NCBI GenBank assembly: GCA_905197045.1 | Contig: CAJJXG010000003.1 | Coordinates: 30,146-94,145, forward strand | Origin: an uncultured Bacillales bacterium | GTDB lineage: Bacteria > Bacillota_I > Bacilli_A > RFN20 > CAG-826 | Direction of reading: 5' to 3' | Length of the DNA: 64,000 bases | Part shown: positions 55,816 through 64,000 of the stretch, piece after piece | How positions within the stretch are numbered: position 1 is the first letter of the stretch | Layout: each line of letters begins with the position of its first letter | The notes under the pieces: model-generated | What the model was told of the DNA's origin: nothing | Database searches by the model: none | The model's input: the letters and a program-made list of their open reading frames with translations, nothing else | Made by a program: the position numbers and the translations under genes

Positions 55816-57834
55816 ATGGGAACGAGTTTTTTAGCCCTTTCCCTTTTAGTTGGTTGTGGGGAACCAACTGTTCCAGATAATACTGATCCAATTACGGATG
55901 ACACGGAGCAAAACGGAGATAATAATGAAGATGATACACCTTCTACTCCAGTTGAAGAAACTTATTCAATAACTATAGGAGAAACTAATGGTGTAGTGCT
56001 TGAATTAGATAAATACTCCGCAAAACCTGGAGATAAAGTAACAATTACAGTTCTTTCTGTTCCAGACGAAAAAATAATTAAAGGAATTTCGACAAACGTT
56101 AAAGGTGTCGATGTTTTATCATCTTCTTCTACAGAGTATTATTTCTTAATGGGTAAAGCAGATGTTACATTAACAGTTTCAATCGCTGATGCTCCTAAAG
56201 ATACTTACTCTTTAACAATTGAAAATGAAGTTAACGCTGAAATTGTTACCTTAATGGATTCTCAGCAAAATGAAATATTGCCTGAAGCAAATAATGTATA
56301 TCAATTAGCTCCTAATGAATCTTATACTTTAAGACTTAAATCTACTATTCTTATTTCAGTACGATTAAATGGTAAAGCCATAACTTCTCAAGAAGGCTAT
56401 TATATGTTTGCAATGCCTGCAAAAGATTCAACACTTACAATTAGTGAACTTCAAGCTCACTCCTTGACTTTAGATTATGATAAGGCTGCTCTTAGTGGAA
56501 TCTTTGTAATGAATAGTAATAATGATTATAAAGAAGTCCAATTAAACGCTATAGAAGAAGGTACTTCAATCCATGTTGAAATAACATTAAATGTTGGCTA
56601 TGAAATGACAGGTGCTTTTTTAAATGAAGAACCACTTGAAACACATGGCAATTCTATTGATTTTACCTTTCCTTATGAAGATTCAGTTTTAAAAATTGAA
56701 ACTGAACAATATGACGTTGACGGAGGTTTAGTAACTTTTGAAGCTGAGGAAGGCGCCAAAATTGAAATTGGTCAAGGAGTAAATAATGACAATTCTTTAG
56801 TCAGTATTTCTCAATATAATCCTTTATCAACAATCTTTAAAACAGGAACAAAATTATATTTAAAAGCTTACATTATGGATAATTGGAAGAGTGTTTGTGA
56901 ACTTGACGAAGTTACAGTAAACGGCTCACCAGTTACACTTGATGAACATGGAATCGCTGAATTTACTGTTGCAGATGGCGGAACAAAAATTGTCGCAACA
57001 ACTAAAAATATTGAATACGATTTACTCTATACTCCTACAGGAAAAGAAACATGTACATTCTTTGATGAAAATAATTTAGAAATTACAAAAGCGGTTCGTA
57101 ATCAAAAAGTTAAAGCAGTTTTCTATCCAAATAACGCCAATTTAGCTCTTTATTCTGTTAAAGAAAATGGCGAAATTGGTGATGGAACTATTGAAGGAAA
57201 TACATATACTTTTACCTTCACTCATTCTTCTAGCTTAACTTTAACAGCTGAATGGGCTGACATAACCAAAACATATAACATCTCATATTCAACTACACCG
57301 GCTTCGCTTAAAGATTTAGCCGATGTTAAATTCTATGATTGGAAAAATTTAAGAGTTTCAATTACGAGAGCTAATCCTTTAGATACAGTTTATATGGAAG
57401 TAGGAACTTTAGAAGATTATGTCTTCGATGGTGCGACATTAGATGGAAAAGAGCTCGAAAAAGTAACATCAGATGGCAAAGATTACTATGCATTTAAAAT
57501 GCCTAATAAAGATGCTAATTTAGAACTTGTTTTCTCAGAAGATTCTGGAACACATGATATTACATTTGATGATTCTAATGTTGGTGATCGCTATATAGAA
57601 GTTAGTGTCTATGATTCTTCCCTAACTTGGATAGGTGCAAAAATCGCCCGTGATGTTCCTACTGGTGAAACAATTTATATTGATATTTGGGTGCAAGGCG
57701 GAGCAACATTTAAACTTTTTGCAAATGGCACTGAAGTTACTGAAAGAGCAACTATATCACCAGATGGTTCGCCTTTGAATACATATAAATACGTAATGCC
57801 TAATGAGGATGTTACTTTTACCTTTGAATTTTAA
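55816..57834 (+). CDS. Surface lipoprotein built from about 8 tandem beta-sandwich-like repeats of roughly 80 aa; N-terminus disrupted or phase-variable
   Basis: Lipobox LLVGCG. Repeats start Y/HS[IL]T[IL] and end in F-x-MP-x-x-D-x-x-L (YYFLMGKADVTLTV, YMFAMPAKDSTLTI, YAFKMPNKDANLEL, YKYVMPNEDVTFTF). The annotated ATG at 55816 lacks an RBS and a basic n-region. Confidence 0.7.
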   Translation: MGTSFLALSLLVGCGEPTVPDNTDPITDDTEQNGDNNEDDTPSTPVEETYSITIGETNGVVLELDKYSAKPGDKVTITVLSVPDEKIIKGISTNVKGVDVLSSSSTEYYFLMGKADVTLTVSIADAPKDTYSLTIENEVNAEIVTLMDSQQNEILPEANNVYQLAPNESYTLRLKSTILISVRLNGKAITSQEGYYMFAMPAKDSTLTISELQAHSLTLDYDKAALSGIFVMNSNNDYKEVQLNAIEEGTSIHVEITLNVGYEMTGAFLNEEPLETHGNSIDFTFPYEDSVLKIETEQYDVDGGLVTFEAEEGAKIEIGQGVNNDNSLVSISQYNPLSTIFKTGTKLYLKAYIMDNWKSVCELDEVTVNGSPVTLDEHGIAEFTVADGGTKIVATTKNIEYDLLYTPTGKETCTFFDENNLEITKAVRNQKVKAVFYPNNANLALYSVKENGEIGDGTIEGNTYTFTFTHSSSLTLTAEWADITKTYNISYSTTPASLKDLADVKFYDWKNLRVSITRANPLDTVYMEVGTLEDYVFDGATLDGKELEKVTSDGKDYYAFKMPNKDANLELVFSEDSGTHDITFDDSNVGDRYIEVSVYDSSLTWIGAKIARDVPTGETIYIDIWVQGGATFKLFANGTEVTERATISPDGSPLNTYKYVMPNEDVTFTFEF

Positions 57835-57877
57835 AAATAAGTAAGATTTGCAGGCTTTTTGATAGAAAGGACATAAT

Positions 57878-59383
57878 ATGAAAAGAAAATATATATCATT
57901 ATTGGCGCTAAGTTTGGTTGCAGTTACAACAAGTTGCAACCAAACTCCATCTACTCCAGAGGATGATTCAAATAATACTGAAACTCCTATTACGCCAATT
58001 TCAATTAATAATGTACTTACTGAATTAAGAAAAGGATTTAGAACAACTGGCACATTTGAAATTACAGAAAGCTATTTTACCGATAACAATTATCAAGTTC
58101 CTGATGAAAAACTTGAAAGCAAAACTACTACTTATAAATTTGATTTAACTTATCAAGATAGTGAAGATTATACAGGATTAGATAGAAGATATTATGAAGT
58201 AATGACTGATACTAATGGTAAAAGTTATGATGGTTATTTGATGGGTGAAAATGCCTATAATCTTGATGGCTATGCTGCTTTAAAATATCTAGATTATAAC
58301 AATACTTTAAAAACAGATTTAGCTGTTGATCAAAACGGTGATTTAATTCCTTATGGAACAAATAATTTAATTAACCCATTTAGATTAATTCAACGAAATG
58401 ATCTTACTCAAACTAAAGATGGCTTTGTTTTAACAAATGAGAAAACAAACATTATCTTTGATGGATTATTTTCACTTCTTGATGGCTATCAAGATAACAT
58501 AAGTTATGATACTCGCGTATTTGACTTTACCGAATCAACTTTAAATGGGGCAAGTTTTGTTTCACGTAACATTGATTCAAAAATCAGCACCACTGTTCCA
58601 ACTGAAGGCGAACCATATCATCAAACATATGTTCGTTATAACTATAAAGTTGATATGGAGTTTAATGAAATTGGAACTGCTAATGCCTCTGATTTAATGA
58701 AAGTTGAAAGCGAAAAAGAAGAGAATGCCCCTCTTAAAAAAGCGATAGAAAATATGAGAACAAAAGACAAGTTAACAATGACTCGTCGAATTGTTCCTTA
58801 TATTGATGGCGAATATGTTGGAGAAGATACTTACCTAACAATTTATCAACTTGGTGGCCAAGTAGGAGGAGGAATCTATTCTCAAGCCTATACCTTACCA
58901 CCAGATCAAGCATATCAAACACCTCAAAAACCTACTGCTAGCGATTTCTTTTTAAGAATTAATACCGCTTCTGCTCCTATGAGAATCTATACCGTCAACG
59001 AAACAACCGGAGTATTTTCAAGAGGCGGTTATTCAAATCTTGATAATCGCTTCTATTATGAAGACGCTTGCTTAAATTTTAATTATCTTAACGCTAACAT
59101 TTTCACTTTAAATGAAGATGGTTCATATTCACCAAATGATGATAACCTTCCATATATAGTTCGTGATTTATTCATGTCAACTTTTGATACTTTTACTCCT
59201 ATTGATAGTGGTTATGTAACCGATGTAAAAGTGTATGTAAATGAAGATGAAACTTGTATTGATCGAATTGATGTTAATTATGAAGACCATGTTGGCTATT
59301 CAGGCTTATTTGAAATTACGTTCACTGATTTAGGAGCTTCAAAGACTCCATTTGATATTGTTATTGCAAATGAAGGAGAATAA
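57878..59383 (+). CDS. Lipoprotein, two-lobed family shared with 59389..60927 and 62851..64000
   Basis: Signal MKRKYISLLALSLVAVTTSC. Lobe-end motifs DMEFNEIGTANAS and FEITFTDLGASKTP. Confidence 0.65.
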   Translation: MKRKYISLLALSLVAVTTSCNQTPSTPEDDSNNTETPITPISINNVLTELRKGFRTTGTFEITESYFTDNNYQVPDEKLESKTTTYKFDLTYQDSEDYTGLDRRYYEVMTDTNGKSYDGYLMGENAYNLDGYAALKYLDYNNTLKTDLAVDQNGDLIPYGTNNLINPFRLIQRNDLTQTKDGFVLTNEKTNIIFDGLFSLLDGYQDNISYDTRVFDFTESTLNGASFVSRNIDSKISTTVPTEGEPYHQTYVRYNYKVDMEFNEIGTANASDLMKVESEKEENAPLKKAIENMRTKDKLTMTRRIVPYIDGEYVGEDTYLTIYQLGGQVGGGIYSQAYTLPPDQAYQTPQKPTASDFFLRINTASAPMRIYTVNETTGVFSRGGYSNLDNRFYYEDACLNFNYLNANIFTLNEDGSYSPNDDNLPYIVRDLFMSTFDTFTPIDSGYVTDVKVYVNEDETCIDRIDVNYEDHVGYSGLFEITFTDLGASKTPFDIVIANEGE

Positions 59384-59388
59384 CACTT

Positions 59389-60927
59389 ATGAAAAAAAGT
59401 TTATTATTAGTTTCTTTAATGGCCCTTCTTGGCTTAGCTGCTTGTTCCACAACTCCTGAAACAAACGATGATGATAAAAATAATCCTAGCGATGAAACAC
59501 CAAGTGAAGTAAGCGAAGTTGAAAATTTTGAAGACCCTGTTTTAAAAGACAATATGGAAAAACTTTTAATTGGTTTTTCAATGCAAGGCAACATCACACA
59601 ATCTCGTTATGAATATAATGAGGACGCTTTTGGTAATTATCTTATTGAAGGCGAACCACTTGAAACAAATCTTTACCATTCTAACTTTGCTTATAATGGC
59701 GGAGAAGAAAAAGCATTTTATAAATATTCTTATCGTGAAGTTGAAGGTGTCACTATTACTGCTGAAGGTCCTTATACCTATTTTGAAGATGAAAATGGTT
59801 ATGCTTATGAAGAAGTTATCGACTATACAAACGTTGTAAGAAGAAATTATAATTCTTCAATGGCTTCCACAAATGGCGGTTTAACTTTTGGCGATAATGG
59901 TTTTAACAATGTTTTTGGCTTATTGATTGAAGATGATTTTACTCTTGATGAATCAGTTAATGCTTTTACAAAATATGATTTAAATTTAGATAAAGCTGGA
60001 CTTATTGCTAGTACTCTTTTATATTCCTTAAATTCAGGGGCAACCGCTTTACCAACAGAAGCTTATATTCGTGCAGATAATGGAGTTTTTACGCAGTTTA
60101 ATATTGAATTAAGCCCTGTTTCTTCTTTAGATAGCATTACTGGAGATTCTAGTTTAATTACTAATTCAATCACCTTTTCTTTCTCTAATTTAGGAACAAA
60201 ACCTATTAGTCATCTTGTTGCTTATGAAGAAAATGAAGACTCTAAAAAAGTTAGCGATGCATTTAAAAAATTAGAGGATACTTCTTTCACTTTAAAAGTA
60301 AATGATTCTTATAAAACCGAAAATCAAATTGAAGGTACTTTCGGAGAAGGCGAAGAAGAGAAACACTATTATTTCACTGGTAAAGAAATCTACTATCACA
60401 AGGTTCAAGAAGGCGAAACAACTTCTTTTAATAAGGATCGTGATTTCTATTTAGCTCCTAAAGGAGATAGTGAAACAACTGGCGATATGCATTTATATCC
60501 ATATGCTTATGATGCTACTACTGACTCTTTTACTATTAGAGAAGGCGGTCTTCAATATGAAGATGGAACTTATGGCTATGCTCAAGGATTTTGCGGGGAT
60601 TATCTTTATGAAGACTATCTTCCTATAATTAGCGATGTTTCAGGAACTTTCTTTGAATATGATGAAGCAAGTAATAGCTATGTTTCAAAAGAAGATCAAG
60701 TTAGCTCATTAAATGATTGCTTCCTTTTAAGATACCCTCCATTTTACTCTGAAAGACAAGATTCTATTTATGAATATCGAATTAAACTAGATGATAATGG
60801 TAGTCTTTCATCAATTAGCGCTCGTTATGTTTTTAACGAATCATTGGATGGAATGATTTATACTGGCACATACACTCTTGATTTTAGTAATGTTGGCTCA
60901 ACCACTTTAGAAGGACTAATTGCTTAA
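59389..60927 (+). CDS. Lipoprotein, paralogue of 57878..59383
   Basis: Signal MKKSLLLVSLMALLGLAAC. Motifs TFSFSNLGTKPIS and YTLDFSNVGSTTLE at positions equivalent to the neighbouring gene. Confidence 0.65.
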   Translation: MKKSLLLVSLMALLGLAACSTTPETNDDDKNNPSDETPSEVSEVENFEDPVLKDNMEKLLIGFSMQGNITQSRYEYNEDAFGNYLIEGEPLETNLYHSNFAYNGGEEKAFYKYSYREVEGVTITAEGPYTYFEDENGYAYEEVIDYTNVVRRNYNSSMASTNGGLTFGDNGFNNVFGLLIEDDFTLDESVNAFTKYDLNLDKAGLIASTLLYSLNSGATALPTEAYIRADNGVFTQFNIELSPVSSLDSITGDSSLITNSITFSFSNLGTKPISHLVAYEENEDSKKVSDAFKKLEDTSFTLKVNDSYKTENQIEGTFGEGEEEKHYYFTGKEIYYHKVQEGETTSFNKDRDFYLAPKGDSETTGDMHLYPYAYDATTDSFTIREGGLQYEDGTYGYAQGFCGDYLYEDYLPIISDVSGTFFEYDEASNSYVSKEDQVSSLNDCFLLRYPPFYSERQDSIYEYRIKLDDNGSLSSISARYVFNESLDGMIYTGTYTLDFSNVGSTTLEGLIA

Positions 60928-60929
60928 TT

Positions 60930-62687
60930 ATGAAAAAAAGGTTTATTTTATTAGCCCTTCTTTCATCTTCATTCCTTCTTTCTTCTTGTTCTATTTCAGA
61001 AAGTGTTACCCCTCCTGATCCAGACAACAGTCAAAACGAAGAGATTATAGAACTTTCTTTTGAAATCAATATTGTTGGAAAAGGCAATGTGAGAGCATTT
61101 TTAAATGGTGCTGAAATCACTTCTTCTAATTTTAGCGACAAAGTTAAAGAAGGTGATACGATCACTGTTGATATAAAAGCTGAAACTGGTTATGTCTTTG
61201 AAAGTGCAAAATTAAACGATACTAATCTTACAAAAAGTGGGAATTATTATACTTTTGTTGTTCAAAAAGGGAAAAACATATTAAATGTAACTTTTAAAGA
61301 AGTAACTACTAACCAATCTGATTTTACTTATGAAGTAATTAATAATAATGAGGTTGCAATTACTTCATTTAAAAGCACTTCGGAAGTTATTCCTAATCCT
61401 TTAATTATTCCTGATGAAGTTTTAGTTGATGGAAAAACATATAAAGTAAGCGAAATTAGAGCTTCAGTATTTTTAAATCAAGATATTGAAGGAATAAAAC
61501 TTGGCGCAAATATAAAAAAGATCGATGATGAAGCTTTTAATGGTTTAAGATCTTTAAAAGAATTTTTAGTTGATGAAAATAATCTTTCTTTTACTTCTCT
61601 TGATGGAATTTTATATAGCAAAGATGAAACAACTTTAATAAAAATGCCAATTGCTTATAAAGAAAGGGATATTGTAATAAAAGAAGGCACTCAAAATATT
61701 CAAAACTATGCTTTTAATGATTGCTTAAACACAGAAAGTGTAACTTTACCAGAAGGATTAATTTCAATTGGAGATTATGCTTTTACTGATTCATCAAAGC
61801 TAGCTAGCATTAACTTTCCATCAACTTTAAAGTCGATTGGAGATTATGCTTTTAGAAATATTCACTCTTTAAAAGAGATAAATTTAAATGAAGGTTTAGA
61901 AAAGCTTGGAGATGGATCTTTTTATCAAACTTCTTTAGAAAAAGCTTCTTTTCCTTCTACTTTAAAAGAAATCCCTTTATATTCCTTCTATTTTTGTAGA
62001 AATTTAAAAACGGTTTCTTTTAAAGAAGGTTTAGAAAGTATTGGTGAACAAGCTTTTATCTCTACTTCAATCACAAGCTTAGATTTACCTAATTCACTCA
62101 AAACTATCTCACAAAGTGCTTTTGAACTTTGCTCTTCTTTAGAAAGTGTTAAGTTTAATGAAGGCTTAGAAACTATTGAAAGTTTTGCTTTTTCTAGAGC
62201 TAATAACATTAATTTAATTTCTCTTCCTTCAACTTTAAAAAATATTGGTTATAATCCTTTTTCTGGAATTGCTCGACTTGGTTATACAGATAATTTTAAA
62301 GTCTCAAGCAACAATCCATATTTTGAAATAATTGATAACGTTTTATTTACTAAAGGCGAAAATAAAAAGCTACTTTCTTATCCTTTTGGAAAAGAAGAGA
62401 CTGAATATCATGTTCCTAGTGGTACTACTTATTTATATGTCGATTCTTTTGCTTATCAAAATAATCTTTTAACTATTTATCTACCTACTTCTATTAAAGA
62501 CATAAATTCGGCTTTTAGAGTTATGTATTCTGAATTAAGTGATAAACCAAGTTTAACTGTCCATTATAAAGGAACAATTGAAGAATTTAAAAAGATTAAT
62601 CTTCATGGTGAACTTGGAAGTTGGCACGAAGAAACTGAAATCACTAATAATGAAATTATTTGTAGTGATGGAACTTTAAGACTTTAA
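60930..62687 (+). CDS. Lipoprotein with an N-terminal beta-sandwich repeat and BspA-type leucine-rich repeats (LRR_5)
   Basis: Signal MKKRFILLALLSSSFLLSSC. Repeated about 23-aa units [LI]P-x-[GS]L-x-SIG-x-x-AF-x-x-C/S-x-x-L-x-x-[IV] (for example LPEGLISIGDYAFTDSSKLASINFPSTLKSIGDYAFRN). Confidence 0.75.
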   Translation: MKKRFILLALLSSSFLLSSCSISESVTPPDPDNSQNEEIIELSFEINIVGKGNVRAFLNGAEITSSNFSDKVKEGDTITVDIKAETGYVFESAKLNDTNLTKSGNYYTFVVQKGKNILNVTFKEVTTNQSDFTYEVINNNEVAITSFKSTSEVIPNPLIIPDEVLVDGKTYKVSEIRASVFLNQDIEGIKLGANIKKIDDEAFNGLRSLKEFLVDENNLSFTSLDGILYSKDETTLIKMPIAYKERDIVIKEGTQNIQNYAFNDCLNTESVTLPEGLISIGDYAFTDSSKLASINFPSTLKSIGDYAFRNIHSLKEINLNEGLEKLGDGSFYQTSLEKASFPSTLKEIPLYSFYFCRNLKTVSFKEGLESIGEQAFISTSITSLDLPNSLKTISQSAFELCSSLESVKFNEGLETIESFAFSRANNINLISLPSTLKNIGYNPFSGIARLGYTDNFKVSSNNPYFEIIDNVLFTKGENKKLLSYPFGKEETEYHVPSGTTYLYVDSFAYQNNLLTIYLPTSIKDINSAFRVMYSELSDKPSLTVHYKGTIEEFKKINLHGELGSWHEETEITNNEIICSDGTLRL

Positions 62688-62694
62688 TACATTA

Positions 62695-62738
62695 ATGACC
62701 TTAAGAATTTACGTGCTTAAGGTCATTTTCTTATTTTT
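62695..62738 (+). terminator. Rho-independent terminator of the lipoprotein operon
   Basis: aatgaccttaag-(9 nt)-cttaaggtcatt followed by ttcttattttt. Confidence 0.65.
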
Positions 62739-62751
62739 AATTAATTTTTAG

Positions 62752-62795
62752 AAAAAAAGATGCTTCAAGACTAGTCTTTGGTGCTAGTCTTGAAG
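62752..62795 (-). terminator. Rho-independent terminator of the convergent minus-strand lipoprotein gene
   Basis: 13-bp stem gcttcaagactag/ctagtcttgaagc, followed on the minus strand by atcttttttt. Confidence 0.65.
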
Positions 62796-62850
62796 CTTAT
62801 ATAGGAAAATATACGAGATCTGCAAGGTTTTTAGAGAAATTATTCGCTTT

Positions 62851-64000
62851 TTAAACTTCAGGTTTCTCTTCTACGATTGGCGCAATATCGTATTGAACAA
62901 CAAAGTAATTACCATTTCCTCCAAAAGAAATTTCTACTGTCGAATCAACTCCTAAAACATTCATTTCTTTTATAAAAGCATATTCATAAGTATTACTTTC
63001 ATCGTAGATAAATCCTTCTTTAGTTACTGCTTGTGAGAAATAAACTAGTAAATCGTCATATTGAAGGTCAACATAATCACCTACATCATCAAGCGCGCAA
63101 ACAATCTGCATTGTTCTTGCTCCAGTTTTTTCATCTACCTCTGCATAATTAGGAGCAACATTAGTAACATTTCCGCCAAATGATACTTTTGGAGTTGGAA
63201 CAAGATTCATAATTTCACTTGGAATTGTGTTATTAGCCAAAGTAACATCATCTTCGGTTTTAAAATAATCTTCCCAAGTTTTAAGATCATCTGTTGTTGT
63301 TTTTATTGTAATTTCAGGAACTGTTGTTGTTCCAATCTTACTATATTCAACAGTTGTAATCGTTCCATAATTATCATCAGCAACAAAAGTAACATTATCT
63401 TCGCCAAATGTTATTTCTAAGTTACGAATTGATAAAGATGTAAATGGCGAGAAAACTTCTTCTTTTCCAAGCATTGTATAATATGGTAAATTTTCACTTG
63501 TTTTTAGAGTATATTTATTGTCTTTCTTGTCAAATAAAGCGGAACTTAAAGCAAAAGTTGGCAATAAATCATCCTTAATTTTTACGTCTTCTAAGTCACT
63601 ACTAAATGTATAGTATTCTTCTTTTATCTTTACACCACGTTGAATTGAAAATTCTTCGATATCGCCCCAGCCGATTTCACTTTTTTGAAGATAATAGTAT
63701 GCTTCATAAGCCTCAGCAGTACTCATATCGGCATTTGTAGCATAAAATTCTTGTAAGAAAGAATCTCCACCATCGCTATAACCTTTTGTTACGTCAACCG
63801 TTCTTCCAAAAAAGCTAGTATAATCTTCAGTTACAGAAACAGTATAATTTCCTTCTTTTAATTTGGACATCGCTTCATCAAAAGTTGCATCAGAAGCTGC
63901 TTCAACTGGTTTTGGTGCTTCAAAAACGGTGCTCCCGAACCCTTTAAACTCGCCAGTAAATGAAACGTCAGAGCGATACCATTCAAATTGAGGATCAGCA
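62851..64000 (-). CDS. Secreted or lipoprotein-family protein, 5' end outside the window (related to the 57878 and 59389 products)
   Basis: The reverse frame stays open beyond the track start (63870) to base 64000 (ADPQFEWYRSDVSFTGEFKGFGSTVFEAPKPVEAASDATFDEA-MSKLKEGNY...). Motif TVEYSKIGTTTVPE resembles the lobe-end motif of the neighbouring lipoproteins. Confidence 0.6.
   Translation of the reverse strand, partial: ADPQFEWYRSDVSFTGEFKGFGSTVFEAPKPVEAASDATFDEAMSKLKEGNYTVSVTEDYTSFFGRTVDVTKGYSDGGDSFLQEFYATNADMSTAEAYEAYYYLQKSEIGWGDIEEFSIQRGVKIKEEYYTFSSDLEDVKIKDDLLPTFALSSALFDKKDNKYTLKTSENLPYYTMLGKEEVFSPFTSLSIRNLEITFGEDNVTFVADDNYGTITTVEYSKIGTTTVPEITIKTTTDDLKTWEDYFKTEDDVTLANNTIPSEIMNLVPTPKVSFGGNVTNVAPNYAEVDEKTGARTMQIVCALDDVGDYVDLQYDDLLVYFSQAVTKEGFIYDESNTYEYAFIKEMNVLGVDSTVEISFGGNGNYFVVQYDIAPIVEEKPEV

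Noticed and set aside
320-62209. About 30 short ORFs of 60-110 aa in the track that lie antisense to or nested within long genes (for example 320..532, 1684..1896, 2192..2407, 2548..2847, 2969..3157, 5356..5550, 8633..8827, 9876..10163, 13732..13929, 14477..14671, 17841..18062, 21058..21270, 26348..26820, 27940..28209, 28960..29232, 29807..29989, 38350..38532, 40041..40325, 42932..43793, 47149..47412, 49968..50213, 50635..50835, 57757..58053, 58734..58922, 59361..59839, 61988..62209)
   Set aside because: These are shadow ORFs. Each is fully overlapped by a longer ORF with recognisable motifs, their translations are low-complexity (L/F/I/S/K-rich), and no RBS is evident.
15387-62831. Recurrent GATTTGCRRGG motif interpreted as a sigma70 -35 (TTGCRR) with an UP element
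   Set aside because: The distance to any -10-like hexamer varies from 9 to over 20 nt among copies. Several copies face no downstream gene on that strand, and one (57843) sits between a stop codon and the next RBS.

Overview
AT-rich window (about 30% GC by eye) from a low-GC monoderm or Mollicutes-like bacterium. It uses the standard genetic code: ORFs of 919 and 966 aa stay open, TGG encodes Trp, and TGA ends at least one ORF. Genes are tightly packed and many products carry lipoprotein signal peptides. Layout by region: (i) 1-6.4 kb is an 8-gene minus-strand operon. It holds six tandem, highly diverged paralogues (235-273 aa) that share an N-terminal G-[FL]-[AS]-[TS]-W signal-anchor motif and a C-terminal FKWGxxF...P..FY motif. 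These are followed by an ER/archaeal-type (SipW-like) signal peptidase and a membrane protein. I read this as a candidate TasA/BsaA-like multi-subunit extracellular fibre locus, and it is the best candidate for something new here. (ii) 6.6-7.1 kb is an IS4/IS1634-like transposase remnant. (iii) 7-37 kb is housekeeping and accessory metabolism: a GH13 neopullulanase-like enzyme, a MATE pump, a GDPD-MFS-HAD operon, an AKR-FeS protein, a carboxylesterase, PunA, a large secreted protein of unknown function with a membrane partner, an XRE-TM regulator, an ACD-alpha-like protein with a double AsnC-like protein, a ZIP transporter, a CoADR-rhodanese fusion, glycerate kinase, a CrtI-like plus FNR-like pair, several GNATs and an ABC-F protein. 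(iv) 37.4-51.5 kb looks like an island next to tRNA-Leu(CAG), subdivided by copies of a roughly 65-150 bp repeat. It contains a TetR plus heterodimeric ABC exporter module, a truncated gene, a 919-aa Flg_new/GLUG surface lipoprotein, a Phd/ParE TA pair, a transglutaminase-like protein, Fic, and an IS607-type element (serine-recombinase TnpA plus an apparently intact TnpB). (v) 51.6-55.5 kb holds a Sir2 deacetylase and a lysine-riboswitch-controlled amino-acid ABC importer whose ATPase carries a roughly 90-aa insertion. (vi) 55.8-64 kb is a lipoprotein gene cluster whose first gene is out of frame with its ATG and signal peptide because of an A8 tract, a candidate phase-variation switch. A co-oriented intergenic motif (GATTTGCRRGGYTTTT-like) recurs at least 8 times. 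No CRISPR array and no rRNA were seen.
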